Shown: positions 53,545 through 61,937, counted from the first letter of the stretch. The stretch: DNA of 64,000 nt from an uncultured Hyphomicrobiales bacterium (GCA_964344345.1 CAYFNC010000002.1:6106-70105); one strand, 5' to 3'. Made by a program: numbers and translations. The notes: a model not told the origin generated them from the letters alone.

Positions 53545-53745
53545 ATGCTCAGCGCCTTTTCCGTCAGCGGATTTATCGTCGGCCTGATCGACAGCCTCTG
53601 GGGGCTTTGGATCCAGGCGTTCTCGCCCATTCCCTACGGCGATCCCTATATCGCCTGCATGGTGGCGATAGGGCTGATCGGCGTCTTGGCGTGGGCCGCC
53701 AAGAAGGTTCTGGACATGGACGAGCAGACCGGCGCGTTGGAGTGA
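53545..53745 (+). CDS. hypothetical two-TM small membrane protein
   Basis: 66 aa (MLSAFSVSGFIVGLIDSLWGLWIQAF...YIACMVAIGLIGVLAWAAKKVL). SD aaggaga lies 8 nt upstream. Confidence 0.45.
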   Translation: MLSAFSVSGFIVGLIDSLWGLWIQAFSPIPYGDPYIACMVAIGLIGVLAWAAKKVLDMDEQTGALE

Positions 53746-54051
53746 TCAGACAGGAAACGCGCCCTTCATCCGATCCATGATTTCCGAGGCCAGTTCCTCG
53801 GCCTCGTCTTCCTCGATATCGAACTTGATGCCGGTCGAGCCGGATTTCCGAACCACCTTGCCATCGAACTTTCCGACGCCTTCGATGTTGATGGACACCT
53901 GGGAGCCGATCTCGATCTCCACGTCCAGGTTCACGGAGGCGCCTCCGCCGGAAATGTTGTCGACGGTGGCTTTGACCTCGCCCTTGTCGGTCTTGACGCT
54001 CGCGCCCTGGGTCACGGCGTAGCGTAAGTGATGGCGGCGATCGTCGCTCAT
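53746..54051 (-). CDS. PilZ-domain c-di-GMP receptor
   Basis: 101 aa from ATG 54049-54051. RRHHLRY gives the RxxxR motif and DNISGGGAS gives D/NxSxxG. Confidence 0.85.
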   Translation of the reverse strand: MSDDRRHHLRYAVTQGASVKTDKGEVKATVDNISGGGASVNLDVEIEIGSQVSINIEGVGKFDGKVVRKSGSTGIKFDIEEDEAEELASEIMDRMKGAFPV

Positions 54052-54150
54052 TGGACTCCCCGAATTCTGCAACAAGGGCGATGCCCTAGGGTGCTGAATA
54101 ACGGGGGGTAAATGCAAGGGCGATTTGCGCGATCGCGAAGAATCCTCGCC

Positions 54151-54426
54151 CTAATCGGCGGGGCAGGCGCAGGTTCCGAACTCCGCGCAACGTCTCTTCG
54201 CCTCTTCCGGGCTGTCAAAGACGCCGAAAACGGCGCCGTCGCCAACGATGACCCACATTCCGCTGACGGACAGGGCGGGCTCCACTCGGACCGAAATTTT
54301 TCGTCCGGATGTCTCGACGGCGGCCCTTGCGCGCCCGTTCGACGGGGTGTTTGGGATAACCGACATGATCCGATTCCATTCCGATGTCGCGGCGCCACCA
54401 TAGAAAATAAGGGCCAATAATTTCAT
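54151..54426 (-). CDS. hypothetical small protein with Cys-containing C-terminus
   Basis: ORF of 91 codons, or 71 from ATG 54366. The C-terminal half GMWVIVGDGAVFGVFDSPEEAKRRCAEFGTCACPAD resembles the small ORF at 59054..59260. Confidence 0.3.
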   Translation of the reverse strand: MKLLALIFYGGAATSEWNRIMSVIPNTPSNGRARAAVETSGRKISVRVEPALSVSGMWVIVGDGAVFGVFDSPEEAKRRCAEFGTCACPAD

Positions 54427-54489
54427 TATCGTTTCAATGTGGATTTCTTATGCGCCGCGCACCCGTTGTGTATATTAACGCGTTAACGC

Positions 54490-55950
54490 CTAAGAATAAC
54501 GTTCCCGCAAAGCGTTCTTCTGGACCTTGCCCATGGCGTTGCGGGGCAGCGCGTCCACGAAAAAAAACCGTTTCGGCTGCTTGAACTTGGCGATTCGTCC
54601 CGCGAGGGACGCCTTGATTTCCGCCTCGTCCAGCTCGCGCGCGCCGTCCGGGGCGACGACGGCGCATACGGCCTCGCCGAGGTCCGGATCCTTGAGCCCG
54701 ATCACCGCCGATTCGTTGACGCCGGGAAGCGAGTCGATCAGCAATTCGACCTCTTTGGGATAGACGTTCAGGCCGCCGGAGATGATCAGGTCGCGGGCGC
54801 GCCCGACAATGGAGACGCGGCCGTCTTCGTCCATGCGCGCCATGTCCCCGGTGATGAACCAGCCGTCGGGACGGAACTCGGCCGCCGTCTTGTCCGGCAT
54901 GCGCCAATAGCCCCTGAACACGTTAGGCCCGGTGATTTCCAGGATTCCCACGTCTCCTTCGGCCACGGGCGCGCCGTTTTCGTCGGCGAGGCGCGCCCGA
55001 ACGTCGGGCAGGGGATAGCCCACGGTCCCGGCGACCCGCGCGCCGTCGAGCGGGTTGGACGTGATCATGCCCGCCTCGGTCATGCCGTAGCGCTCCAAAA
55101 TTCGATGGCCGGTCCTGTCCTCGAAGGCGCGGAAGGTTTCCTCCAACAATGGGGCTGAGCCGGAAATGAACAGCCGCATGTCCTTGACCGCGTCTTTCTT
55201 CAAGCCTGGATGGGACAATAGCCGGGTGTAGAACGTGGGGACTCCCATCAGCACCGTGGATTTGGGAAGCAGGGAGACGATGGCGTCCGCGTCGAAGCCC
55301 GGCAGGAACCACATGGGCGAGCCGTTCAGCATGGCGCAATGGATGGCCACGAACAGCCCATGGACGTGATAGATGGGCAACGCGTGCAACAAAACCTCGC
55401 CGTCCCGCCACCCCCAGATGCGATGGAGCGCCAGCCCGTTGGACGACAAGTTCCCATGGCTGATCATGGCCCCCTTGGACCGGCCGGTGGTGCCGGATGT
55501 GTAGAGGATGGCGGCGATGTCGTCCTCGCCTCGCTCGACGGTTTCCAAGGGCTCGGCGCCGTCAAGGCCTTCCATAAGCTCGGCCAGGATTTCCACCCTA
55601 GGGGCCAGCCCCGCCAGCGCGTCCTTGTTTTCCGGTTCGCAGACCAGGAGGACGGGCTCGGCGTCGGTTGCGAAGTATTCCACTTCTTCCGTGGCGTAGG
55701 CCGTGTTCAACGGGACGTAGACGGCGCCCGCGCGGAGGCACGCGAGATAGAGAAGAACGACCTCGAAACTCTTGGATGTCTGGACCATCACCCGGTCGCC
55801 GACGGCGACGCCGAGAACGCGCGCGAGCCGCGCCGAGGCGTCGCCGGCCTCGCCGTAGCTCAAAACCCGCCCGTCGGGGGCGAGAAGCAGGGGGGATTCG
55901 GGATCGGCGGGAAAGCGCTCCCGCAGCACGGCGTACAGGTTGGCGTTCAT
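54490..55950 (-). CDS. matB: malonate--CoA ligase-like AMP-forming acyl-CoA synthetase
   Basis: AMP-binding motif ILYTSGTTGRSKGAM. LYLACLRAGAVYVPLNTAYATEEVEYFATDAEP is very close to the rhizobial MatB N-terminal region as I remember it. 486 aa. Confidence 0.8.
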   Translation of the reverse strand: MNANLYAVLRERFPADPESPLLLAPDGRVLSYGEAGDASARLARVLGVAVGDRVMVQTSKSFEVVLLYLACLRAGAVYVPLNTAYATEEVEYFATDAEPVLLVCEPENKDALAGLAPRVEILAELMEGLDGAEPLETVERGEDDIAAILYTSGTTGRSKGAMISHGNLSSNGLALHRIWGWRDGEVLLHALPIYHVHGLFVAIHCAMLNGSPMWFLPGFDADAIVSLLPKSTVLMGVPTFYTRLLSHPGLKKDAVKDMRLFISGSAPLLEETFRAFEDRTGHRILERYGMTEAGMITSNPLDGARVAGTVGYPLPDVRARLADENGAPVAEGDVGILEITGPNVFRGYWRMPDKTAAEFRPDGWFITGDMARMDEDGRVSIVGRARDLIISGGLNVYPKEVELLIDSLPGVNESAVIGLKDPDLGEAVCAVVAPDGARELDEAEIKASLAGRIAKFKQPKRFFFVDALPRNAMGKVQKNALRERYS

Positions 55951-55971
55951 GCCACCATCATAGACCGCCGG

Positions 55972-56253
55972 TTATTGCGTCGAAAGATACCTTTGCTGGC
56001 GCCGCAACTGGCGCATGCGGGCTTGGCCGACTTGGTTTTTCAGCCGTCCTGCCGTCGCCCTTTGCTTGGCGATGAGCATTTCAGATGCGGTTTTTTGCCT
56101 CAGCGCGCGTTTGTAGGAGCGCTGGACGCAGGTGGTTTCGCCGTTCCTATCGGTCACGGCGGATTCATGGGACCTGCAGGCCAAAGCTTCGTCGGAAAAT
56201 CCGGTCGCAAGGAATGTGAAGAGGACCGGAGCCAGGAAATGTTTCGCCTTCAT
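55972..56253 (-). CDS. hypothetical small secreted basic protein
   Basis: 93 aa from ATG 56251-56253, with signal-like MKAKHFLAPVLFTFLATGFS and an Arg/Gln-rich C-terminus. No family recognised. Confidence 0.35.
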   Translation of the reverse strand: MKAKHFLAPVLFTFLATGFSDEALACRSHESAVTDRNGETTCVQRSYKRALRQKTASEMLIAKQRATAGRLKNQVGQARMRQLRRQQRYLSTQ

Positions 56254-56464
56254 GGCGGGCTCCTTGTTCGCTTTCTGCGCGGAGTCCATTGTACGAATGC
56301 GAATCTTTATTAATGCTGAATCTATTCCACCTTTAAGAGTCCCAGCGCCATGAACAGTTTGGCCGACTTGGCCCGAAACGGCGGGGGCAAGGCCTTGGAG
56401 ATGGAAAGGGCGGCGCGGCCCAAGGGGCCGTTGGGAACTAGGCGCAGGCTTTCGGTTTGTATCC

Positions 56465-57322
56465 TCACGTTTCCACCGGGGTGTCGTCGCGGTTGCCCCA
56501 TTCGGACCACGACCCGTCATAGATCGCCACGTCCTCCTTGCCCATGAGATAGAGCGCGAAGGCGTTGACGCACGCGGTGACGCCCGAGCCGCAGCTCACC
56601 ACCATGGGGCGGTCGAGATCGACGCCGGCGGCATCGTGGATGGCGAGGATTTCGTCCCCCGGGCGCATTTCGAAATCCCGGCGCATGTTCATCAGGTCGC
56701 CGAAATAGACGTTGAGGGAGCCCGGAATATGGCCCTTGCGCTTCACCGGGCGGGGGTCGTCGGCTTGTCCCGCGAACCGTTCGGCGTTGCGGGCGTCGAT
56801 GACGATCTCCGCGCCGCTTTCCATGGCGGAGCGGACGTCGTCAAGGTTTCGGACCAGTTCGGGCCGAAAGGCGGCCTTGAATGGCGCGGGCGTGGGCTCT
56901 TCCCGGTCGTGGGCGAGGGGCCTGCGCTCCTTCAGCCAACGTCCGAGCCCGCCGTCGAGCAGCGCCACGTCGTCATGGCCGAAGGTCCGAAACATCCACC
57001 ACACCCGGGCCGCGGCGGAATAATTGCCGTTGCCGTCATAGATGACGACTCGGTGTTGGTTCCCGATCCCCATCACGCCGACCATGTCCTGGAACCGTTC
57101 CGGCGACGGCATCATGTGGGGCAGGGGATCGCCCTGGTCGCAGATGACGTCGATGTCGAAATAGACCGCGCCGGGGATGTGGCGGAACTCGTACTCCTCG
57201 GCCCCGTCCCGTTCGGAACCGGGCAGGAAGTGGGTGGCGTCGATAATTCGGATGGCGGGGTCGTCCAGGTTCTCCGCCAGCAACTCGGTCGTGACCAGCG
57301 CCTGTCCGTTCCGGTACTCCAT
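56465..57322 (-). CDS. sseA: 3-mercaptopyruvate/thiosulfate sulfurtransferase (tandem rhodanese)
   Basis: 285 aa with two rhodanese domains and active-site loop CGSGVTA. GHIPGA and GHIPGS motifs. Confidence 0.9.
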   Translation of the reverse strand: MEYRNGQALVTTELLAENLDDPAIRIIDATHFLPGSERDGAEEYEFRHIPGAVYFDIDVICDQGDPLPHMMPSPERFQDMVGVMGIGNQHRVVIYDGNGNYSAAARVWWMFRTFGHDDVALLDGGLGRWLKERRPLAHDREEPTPAPFKAAFRPELVRNLDDVRSAMESGAEIVIDARNAERFAGQADDPRPVKRKGHIPGSLNVYFGDLMNMRRDFEMRPGDEILAIHDAAGVDLDRPMVVSCGSGVTACVNAFALYLMGKEDVAIYDGSWSEWGNRDDTPVET

Positions 57323-57348
57323 GGGTTTTCCTTATTCTTATTGGTTGG

Positions 57349-58350
57349 TCAGTCCATCCATTCCGGAACCGGAAGGTTCTTGGAGCGCAGGAATTCCGGA
57401 TTGAAGAGCTTGCTTTGGTAACGAGTGCCGAAGTCACCCAAAATGGTGACGATGGTGTGGCCCGGTCCCATTTGCTTGGCGAGCCGAATCGCGCCCGCGA
57501 CGTTGACGGCGCTGGACCCGCCGAGGCACAGCCCTTCCTCGCGCAACAGGGAGAACACGACGGGGAGCGCCTCGTCGTCGGGAATCTGGAAGGCCTCGTC
57601 CACTGCCGCGCCTTCCAGGTTCTTGGTGATGCGGCCCTGGCCGATGCCTTCGGTGATGGAATCGCCCTCGGCTTTCAGCTCTCCGTGTTTGTAGTAGTTG
57701 TAGAGCGCGGCGCCCATGGGATCGGCGAGGCCGATGACCACGTCCTTGTTGCGCTCTTTCAGCGCCATGCCGACGCCCGCCAACGTGCCGCCGGTGCCGA
57801 CCGCGCAGATGAAACCGTCCACCTTGCCGTCGGTCTGCCCCCATATTTCCGGGCCCGTGGTTTCGTGGTGCGCCTGGCGGTTGGCCACGTTGTCGAACTG
57901 TTGGGCCCAGATGACGCCGTGCCCATTCTTTTCGCGGAGCTCATCCGCCAGTCGGCCCGAGACATGGACGTAGTTATTGGGGTTCTTGTAGGGGGCTGCG
58001 GGAACTTCCTTCAGCTCCGCGCCGCAAAGCCTAAGCGTGTCCTTCTTTTCCTGGGACTGGGTTTCAGGAATCACGATGACCGAGCGATAGCCCAGGGCGT
58101 TGCCCACCAGCGCCAACCCGATGCCCGTGTTTCCCGCCGTGCCCTCGACGATGACGCCGCCAGGCTCTATCAGGCCCTTTGCCTCGGCGTCGCGGACGAT
58201 GTAGAGCGCGGCGCGGTCCTTGACCGATCCGCCCGGGTTCATGAACTCCGCCTTGCCGTAAATTTCGCAGCCAGTCTCCTCGGACGCCTTGCGTAGCCGG
58301 ATCAGGGGCGTATGGCCGATGGCGTCCAACAATCCGTCGCGGGTGTCCAT
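57349..58350 (-). CDS. PLP-dependent cysteine synthase family protein
   Basis: GHTPLIRL, PLP-lysine motif NPGGSVKDRAA, GTAGNTGIGLA, and the GTGGT loop (VGTGGTLAG). 333 aa. Confidence 0.9.
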   Translation of the reverse strand: MDTRDGLLDAIGHTPLIRLRKASEETGCEIYGKAEFMNPGGSVKDRAALYIVRDAEAKGLIEPGGVIVEGTAGNTGIGLALVGNALGYRSVIVIPETQSQEKKDTLRLCGAELKEVPAAPYKNPNNYVHVSGRLADELREKNGHGVIWAQQFDNVANRQAHHETTGPEIWGQTDGKVDGFICAVGTGGTLAGVGMALKERNKDVVIGLADPMGAALYNYYKHGELKAEGDSITEGIGQGRITKNLEGAAVDEAFQIPDDEALPVVFSLLREEGLCLGGSSAVNVAGAIRLAKQMGPGHTIVTILGDFGTRYQSKLFNPEFLRSKNLPVPEWMD

Positions 58351-58410
58351 GTTCGGGCCTCCGTATGCATAAGAATATGTTGGAAAAGGTAGCGGTTCGC
58401 TATTTCCCGT

Positions 58411-59052
58411 TCAAGCCTTGCGCCACTGCTTCACGAGCCTGTCTCGGTTCATCTTGAACCACTGCAGCGCGATCAGGCAGGTGGCGTTGGAAATGCTGCC
58501 CTGGTCGATCCAGGCGATGGCCTCGTCCGCGTCCACGGCCATGACCAGGATGTCCTCGCCCTCGTGGTCCAGCCCGTGGACGCCGCCCACGTTCGAGGCG
58601 TCCACTCGGCCGCAATACAAAATCACGGTTTCCGAACAGATGCCGGGCGTGGCCAGCCATTTCGCCACGTATTCGATTTCCTGGATCTCGCACCCGGCTT
58701 CCTCGACCGCCTCGCGGCGGGCGACGGATTCCGGCGTCTCACCCGAATCGATGATGCCCGCCACGGTCTCGACCAGCCAGGGCGAGGTGTCGTCGTCCCA
58801 CCAGGGCGAGTTCATGGCGGCGTAGGCGCCGGGGCGGAACTGCTCCAGCATCACCAGCTTGTCCAGGTCGGGATCAAAAAGCAGCGCCGCGACCGCGTGC
58901 CCGCGCTCCAGCATTTCGCGACGAAGGGTGTCGGACCAGCCGCCCTCGTACTTCCCATGGCGTAGACGGTAGACGTCCATGCGACAATAGGCCTCATAGA
59001 CCGTCTCGACGCTTTCAACCTCGACGTCGACCTTTTTCTTGTTTAGGCCCAT
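58411..59052 (-). CDS. NUDIX hydrolase (ADP-ribose pyrophosphatase-like)
   Basis: Nudix box GIIDSGETPESVARREAVEEAGC. ATG at 59050-59052. The 263-codon ORF extension is Pro/Arg-rich junk. Confidence 0.85.
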   Translation of the reverse strand: MGLNKKKVDVEVESVETVYEAYCRMDVYRLRHGKYEGGWSDTLRREMLERGHAVAALLFDPDLDKLVMLEQFRPGAYAAMNSPWWDDDTSPWLVETVAGIIDSGETPESVARREAVEEAGCEIQEIEYVAKWLATPGICSETVILYCGRVDASNVGGVHGLDHEGEDILVMAVDADEAIAWIDQGSISNATCLIALQWFKMNRDRLVKQWRKA

Positions 59053-59053
59053 G

Positions 59054-59260
59054 TCAGTTGCAGTCCCCGACGCCGGCGCAGCAGGCGGCCGAGCCGATGG
59101 CGGCCTCGGCGGCCTCGATGGCTTCCTCGCGGGTGTCGTAGGTCCCGATCGAACCCGCGTCGAGCCCAAAGGGATAGACCTCCCAGCCGTTTTCGCCGTC
59201 AACGACGCAGGCCACGCCCTCGGCCGCCGTGCTCATGATGCGTGAATGGGACCATTCCAT
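59054..59260 (-). CDS. hypothetical small protein with Cys-rich C-terminus
   Basis: 68 codons, or 60 from ATG 59236: ...DGENGWEVYPFGLDAGSIGTYDTREEAIEAAEAAIGSAACCAGVGDCN. Third-position GC looks high. Its stop lies 1 nt before the NUDIX ATG. Confidence 0.45.
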   Translation of the reverse strand: MEWSHSRIMSTAAEGVACVVDGENGWEVYPFGLDAGSIGTYDTREEAIEAAEAAIGSAACCAGVGDCN

Positions 59261-59363
59261 GGCCGCGATCCTCCCGCATGCGCCGCCAGGGATCAAGGGT
59301 TTTGGACTCGGCCGGACGATGGCGATACCATGCGCCCGCGTCGAACCAGGGGAGAACAGCAAC

Positions 59364-60602
59364 ATGACCGCCCAGAGCAGCGACAAGGTCGCCTTTCCCG
59401 GAAGCCAGGGCCATGAACTGGCCGCGAGGTTGGACCTGCCCAACGGCGCGCCCCGCGCCTTCGCTCTTTTCGCCCATTGCTTCACCTGCACAAAGGACGT
59501 GCTGGCGGCCTCGCGAATCTCCCGGACCCTGGCCGGCCATGGGATCGCCGTGCTGCGTTTCGACTTCACGGGTCTTGGCGGCAGCGACGGGGAGTTCGAG
59601 AACACCAATTTCTCGTCCAACGTCGACGACCTGGTCGCGGCCGCCGACTTCCTGCGCGAAAACCACCAGGCTCCCGACATCCTGATCGGCCACAGCCTGG
59701 GCGGAGCGGCGGTTTTGGCGGCCGCCGGAAGGATAAAGGAGGCGACATCGGTGGTGACGGTGAACGCGCCTTGCGATCCAGGTCATGTGGCGAATCACTT
59801 CACCGGAAAAGCAGACGAGATCGAGGCCAAGGGCGAGGCCGAGGTCTGCCTGGGCGGACGGCCCTTCACCATCACCAAGCAGTTTCTCGACGACATCGCC
59901 GACCAGCCCATGCGCGACGCCGTCGGCGGGCTGAAAAAGGCGCTATTGGTCCTGCACGCGCCGCTCGACAACGTCGTTGGCGTCGAGAACGCCCGAACCA
60001 TTTTCGACGCGGCCAAGCACCCGAAAAGCTTCGTCTCCCTCGACCAAGCCGACCACATGCTCAGCGACAAGGACGACGCCCAGTTCGTCGCCGACATGAC
60101 CGCCGCCTGGGCCAACAGGTACCTGGCGAAGAAGGAGCAGGCGGACGCCTGGGCCGCGCCTCGCGCCGAGCCCAAGACCGTGGTGGTTTCCGAATCCGGT
60201 CTCGGCAAATACGCCCAGTGGGTCAACATCAACGGCAACCACGTCCTGCGCGCGGACGAACCGGTCAGGGTCGGCGGCGACGACACCGGGCCCGCGCCCT
60301 ATGACCTGCTGATGGCCGGGCTCGGCGCCTGCACCACCATGACCGTTCGCATGTACGCGGAACGCAAGAAGATACCGCTGGAACGGGTTTCGGTCAGCCT
60401 GACCCACAAGAAGCGTCCGGTGGAGGACTGTCCCGACTGCCACACCGAAAGCGGCAAGGTGGATTGGATCGCCCGCGAAATCGAAATCGAAGGCGACATC
60501 GACGAGCCCACCCGCCGGCGCATGCTGGAAATCGCCGACAAATGCCCGGTGCATCGCACCTTGCACCACGAGGTCTGGGTGGAAAGCAAGCTGAAGGGGT
60601 AG
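59364..60602 (+). CDS. alpha/beta hydrolase fused to OsmC-family domain
   Basis: ATG 59364 with SD ggggaga. Hydrolase part has nucleophile elbow GHSLGG. C-terminal OsmC part reads GGDDTGPAPYDLLMAGLGACTTMTVRMYA ... CPVHRTL. Confidence 0.85.
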   Translation: MTAQSSDKVAFPGSQGHELAARLDLPNGAPRAFALFAHCFTCTKDVLAASRISRTLAGHGIAVLRFDFTGLGGSDGEFENTNFSSNVDDLVAAADFLRENHQAPDILIGHSLGGAAVLAAAGRIKEATSVVTVNAPCDPGHVANHFTGKADEIEAKGEAEVCLGGRPFTITKQFLDDIADQPMRDAVGGLKKALLVLHAPLDNVVGVENARTIFDAAKHPKSFVSLDQADHMLSDKDDAQFVADMTAAWANRYLAKKEQADAWAAPRAEPKTVVVSESGLGKYAQWVNINGNHVLRADEPVRVGGDDTGPAPYDLLMAGLGACTTMTVRMYAERKKIPLERVSVSLTHKKRPVEDCPDCHTESGKVDWIAREIEIEGDIDEPTRRRMLEIADKCPVHRTLHHEVWVESKLKG

Positions 60603-60605
60603 GGG

Positions 60606-61304
60606 GTGGAGCCCGTCTGCTCCGCCGGGAGTCTCTACGAGCGCGCCAGGGCCTATCCCTTCGCCCGACCGGACGGTTCGTTTCTTTTTCACAACGGCTC
60701 GGCCGAATTGCGCGGCCGCATGGACGTCCAGGGCCGCCGCGCGGTGCTGGCCATCGGCGCCAACGCCGCGCCGGAGCGGTTGTTGGAGAAGTTCGGGCGC
60801 GGCGCCGTCATCCCGGTCGAGAAGGTCCTGTTGCTCGGTTATGTCGTTGTCTATTCGGCGCATATCACGTCCTACGGCTCAATTCCGTTGACCTTGCGGG
60901 CCAAGGCCGGGGCCGTGTCCGGCGCGTTCATCACCCATTTGGATGAAGCCCAAATCGCCCGAATGGACGAGACCGAGCCCAACTACGAACGTGTCTGCCT
61001 GGGCGTTTGCGGGGACATCGCCCGACCGTTCGAGGAGGAGGGCGGGGCGCTCCACGCCTCAAAGGCGCCGATCCACGCCTATGTCGGGCGATGGGGGTGT
61101 CTGTTGAAGAACGGCTCCGAAATGGTGTTTCCCGACGTCGGTCAGGATCAGGCGCTGGCGCGCGTCCGCGACCTGACGGCCCCGGAACGAGAGCTTGGAC
61201 TGTTCGTGGTCGAGAACGTCCTCGACGCCATGACCCGAAACAAACGGATCGAGGCGCTGCGAGAGCGCGCCGGTCCGTCGGGAATTTCCTTGGAAAATCA
61301 GTAA
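60606..61304 (+). CDS. putative gamma-glutamylcyclotransferase/AIG2-like fold protein
   Basis: GTG start 4 nt after the previous stop. LAIGANAAPERL and LDEAQIARMDETEPNYERV resemble the YGSNL...E..Y.R pattern of GGCT-like proteins. This is a weak call. Confidence 0.45.
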   Translation: MEPVCSAGSLYERARAYPFARPDGSFLFHNGSAELRGRMDVQGRRAVLAIGANAAPERLLEKFGRGAVIPVEKVLLLGYVVVYSAHITSYGSIPLTLRAKAGAVSGAFITHLDEAQIARMDETEPNYERVCLGVCGDIARPFEEEGGALHASKAPIHAYVGRWGCLLKNGSEMVFPDVGQDQALARVRDLTAPERELGLFVVENVLDAMTRNKRIEALRERAGPSGISLENQ

Positions 61305-61342
61305 AACACCTTCAGGCGCCGGGCGCGTCGATTTCGTCGTGT

Positions 61343-61900
61343 TTACTTGTTGGCGTCCTTCATGAGGTCGTTCACTTCGTCTTGGGTCATCCCTGTTGAA
61401 GCCGCGTTGCGCCGCTCCGGCCCCTTGAAGTCGGGATTCGCGCGTCTGCGGCGGTTGGGCCCGAAGAAATCCTTGGTGCGGACGAATTCCCTGGGACGGG
61501 AGACCACGGCGGCGATCCGGGCGTAGAGCCCCTTGGCGGTGATGGGCTTGACCAGGATCTCGTTCACGCCCGCGTCCAACGCCTCGTAGATCTTGCTTTG
61601 CTCCGAATGGGCGGAAATCAGGATGATGGGAATGAATGGGTTTGGCGATTTCGGGTCGGTCCGGACCCTTCGCGTCAACTCGATGCCGGACATGTCGGGC
61701 ATGTTCCAGTCCAGGAAGATGATGTCCGGGGCGAACTGGCCGCTTTCGATCAACTCCCAGGCCTTGGCTCCGGTCTCGGCGTCGCGCATGAGGCGGCAGT
61801 TGAAGGCGCGCAAGGTCAGCTTGATGATCTGGCGCATGAACTGGTTGTCTTCCGCGATCAGAACGGCGATTTTTCCTAAATGCAATGCGTTGCCCGACAT
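61343..61900 (-). CDS. single-domain CheY-like response regulator with Arg-rich C-terminal extension
   Basis: REC domain (IAVLIAEDNQFMRQ..., DIIFLDWNMPDMSG, ILISAH, VKP) plus the tail RPREFVRTKDFFGPNRRRRANPDFKGPERRNAAS... No output domain. Confidence 0.9.
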   Translation of the reverse strand: MSGNALHLGKIAVLIAEDNQFMRQIIKLTLRAFNCRLMRDAETGAKAWELIESGQFAPDIIFLDWNMPDMSGIELTRRVRTDPKSPNPFIPIILISAHSEQSKIYEALDAGVNEILVKPITAKGLYARIAAVVSRPREFVRTKDFFGPNRRRRANPDFKGPERRNAASTGMTQDEVNDLMKDANK

Positions 61901-61937
61901 TTCCTCTATCCCGCCTTAAAGATCTCCCCGGTCCCGC

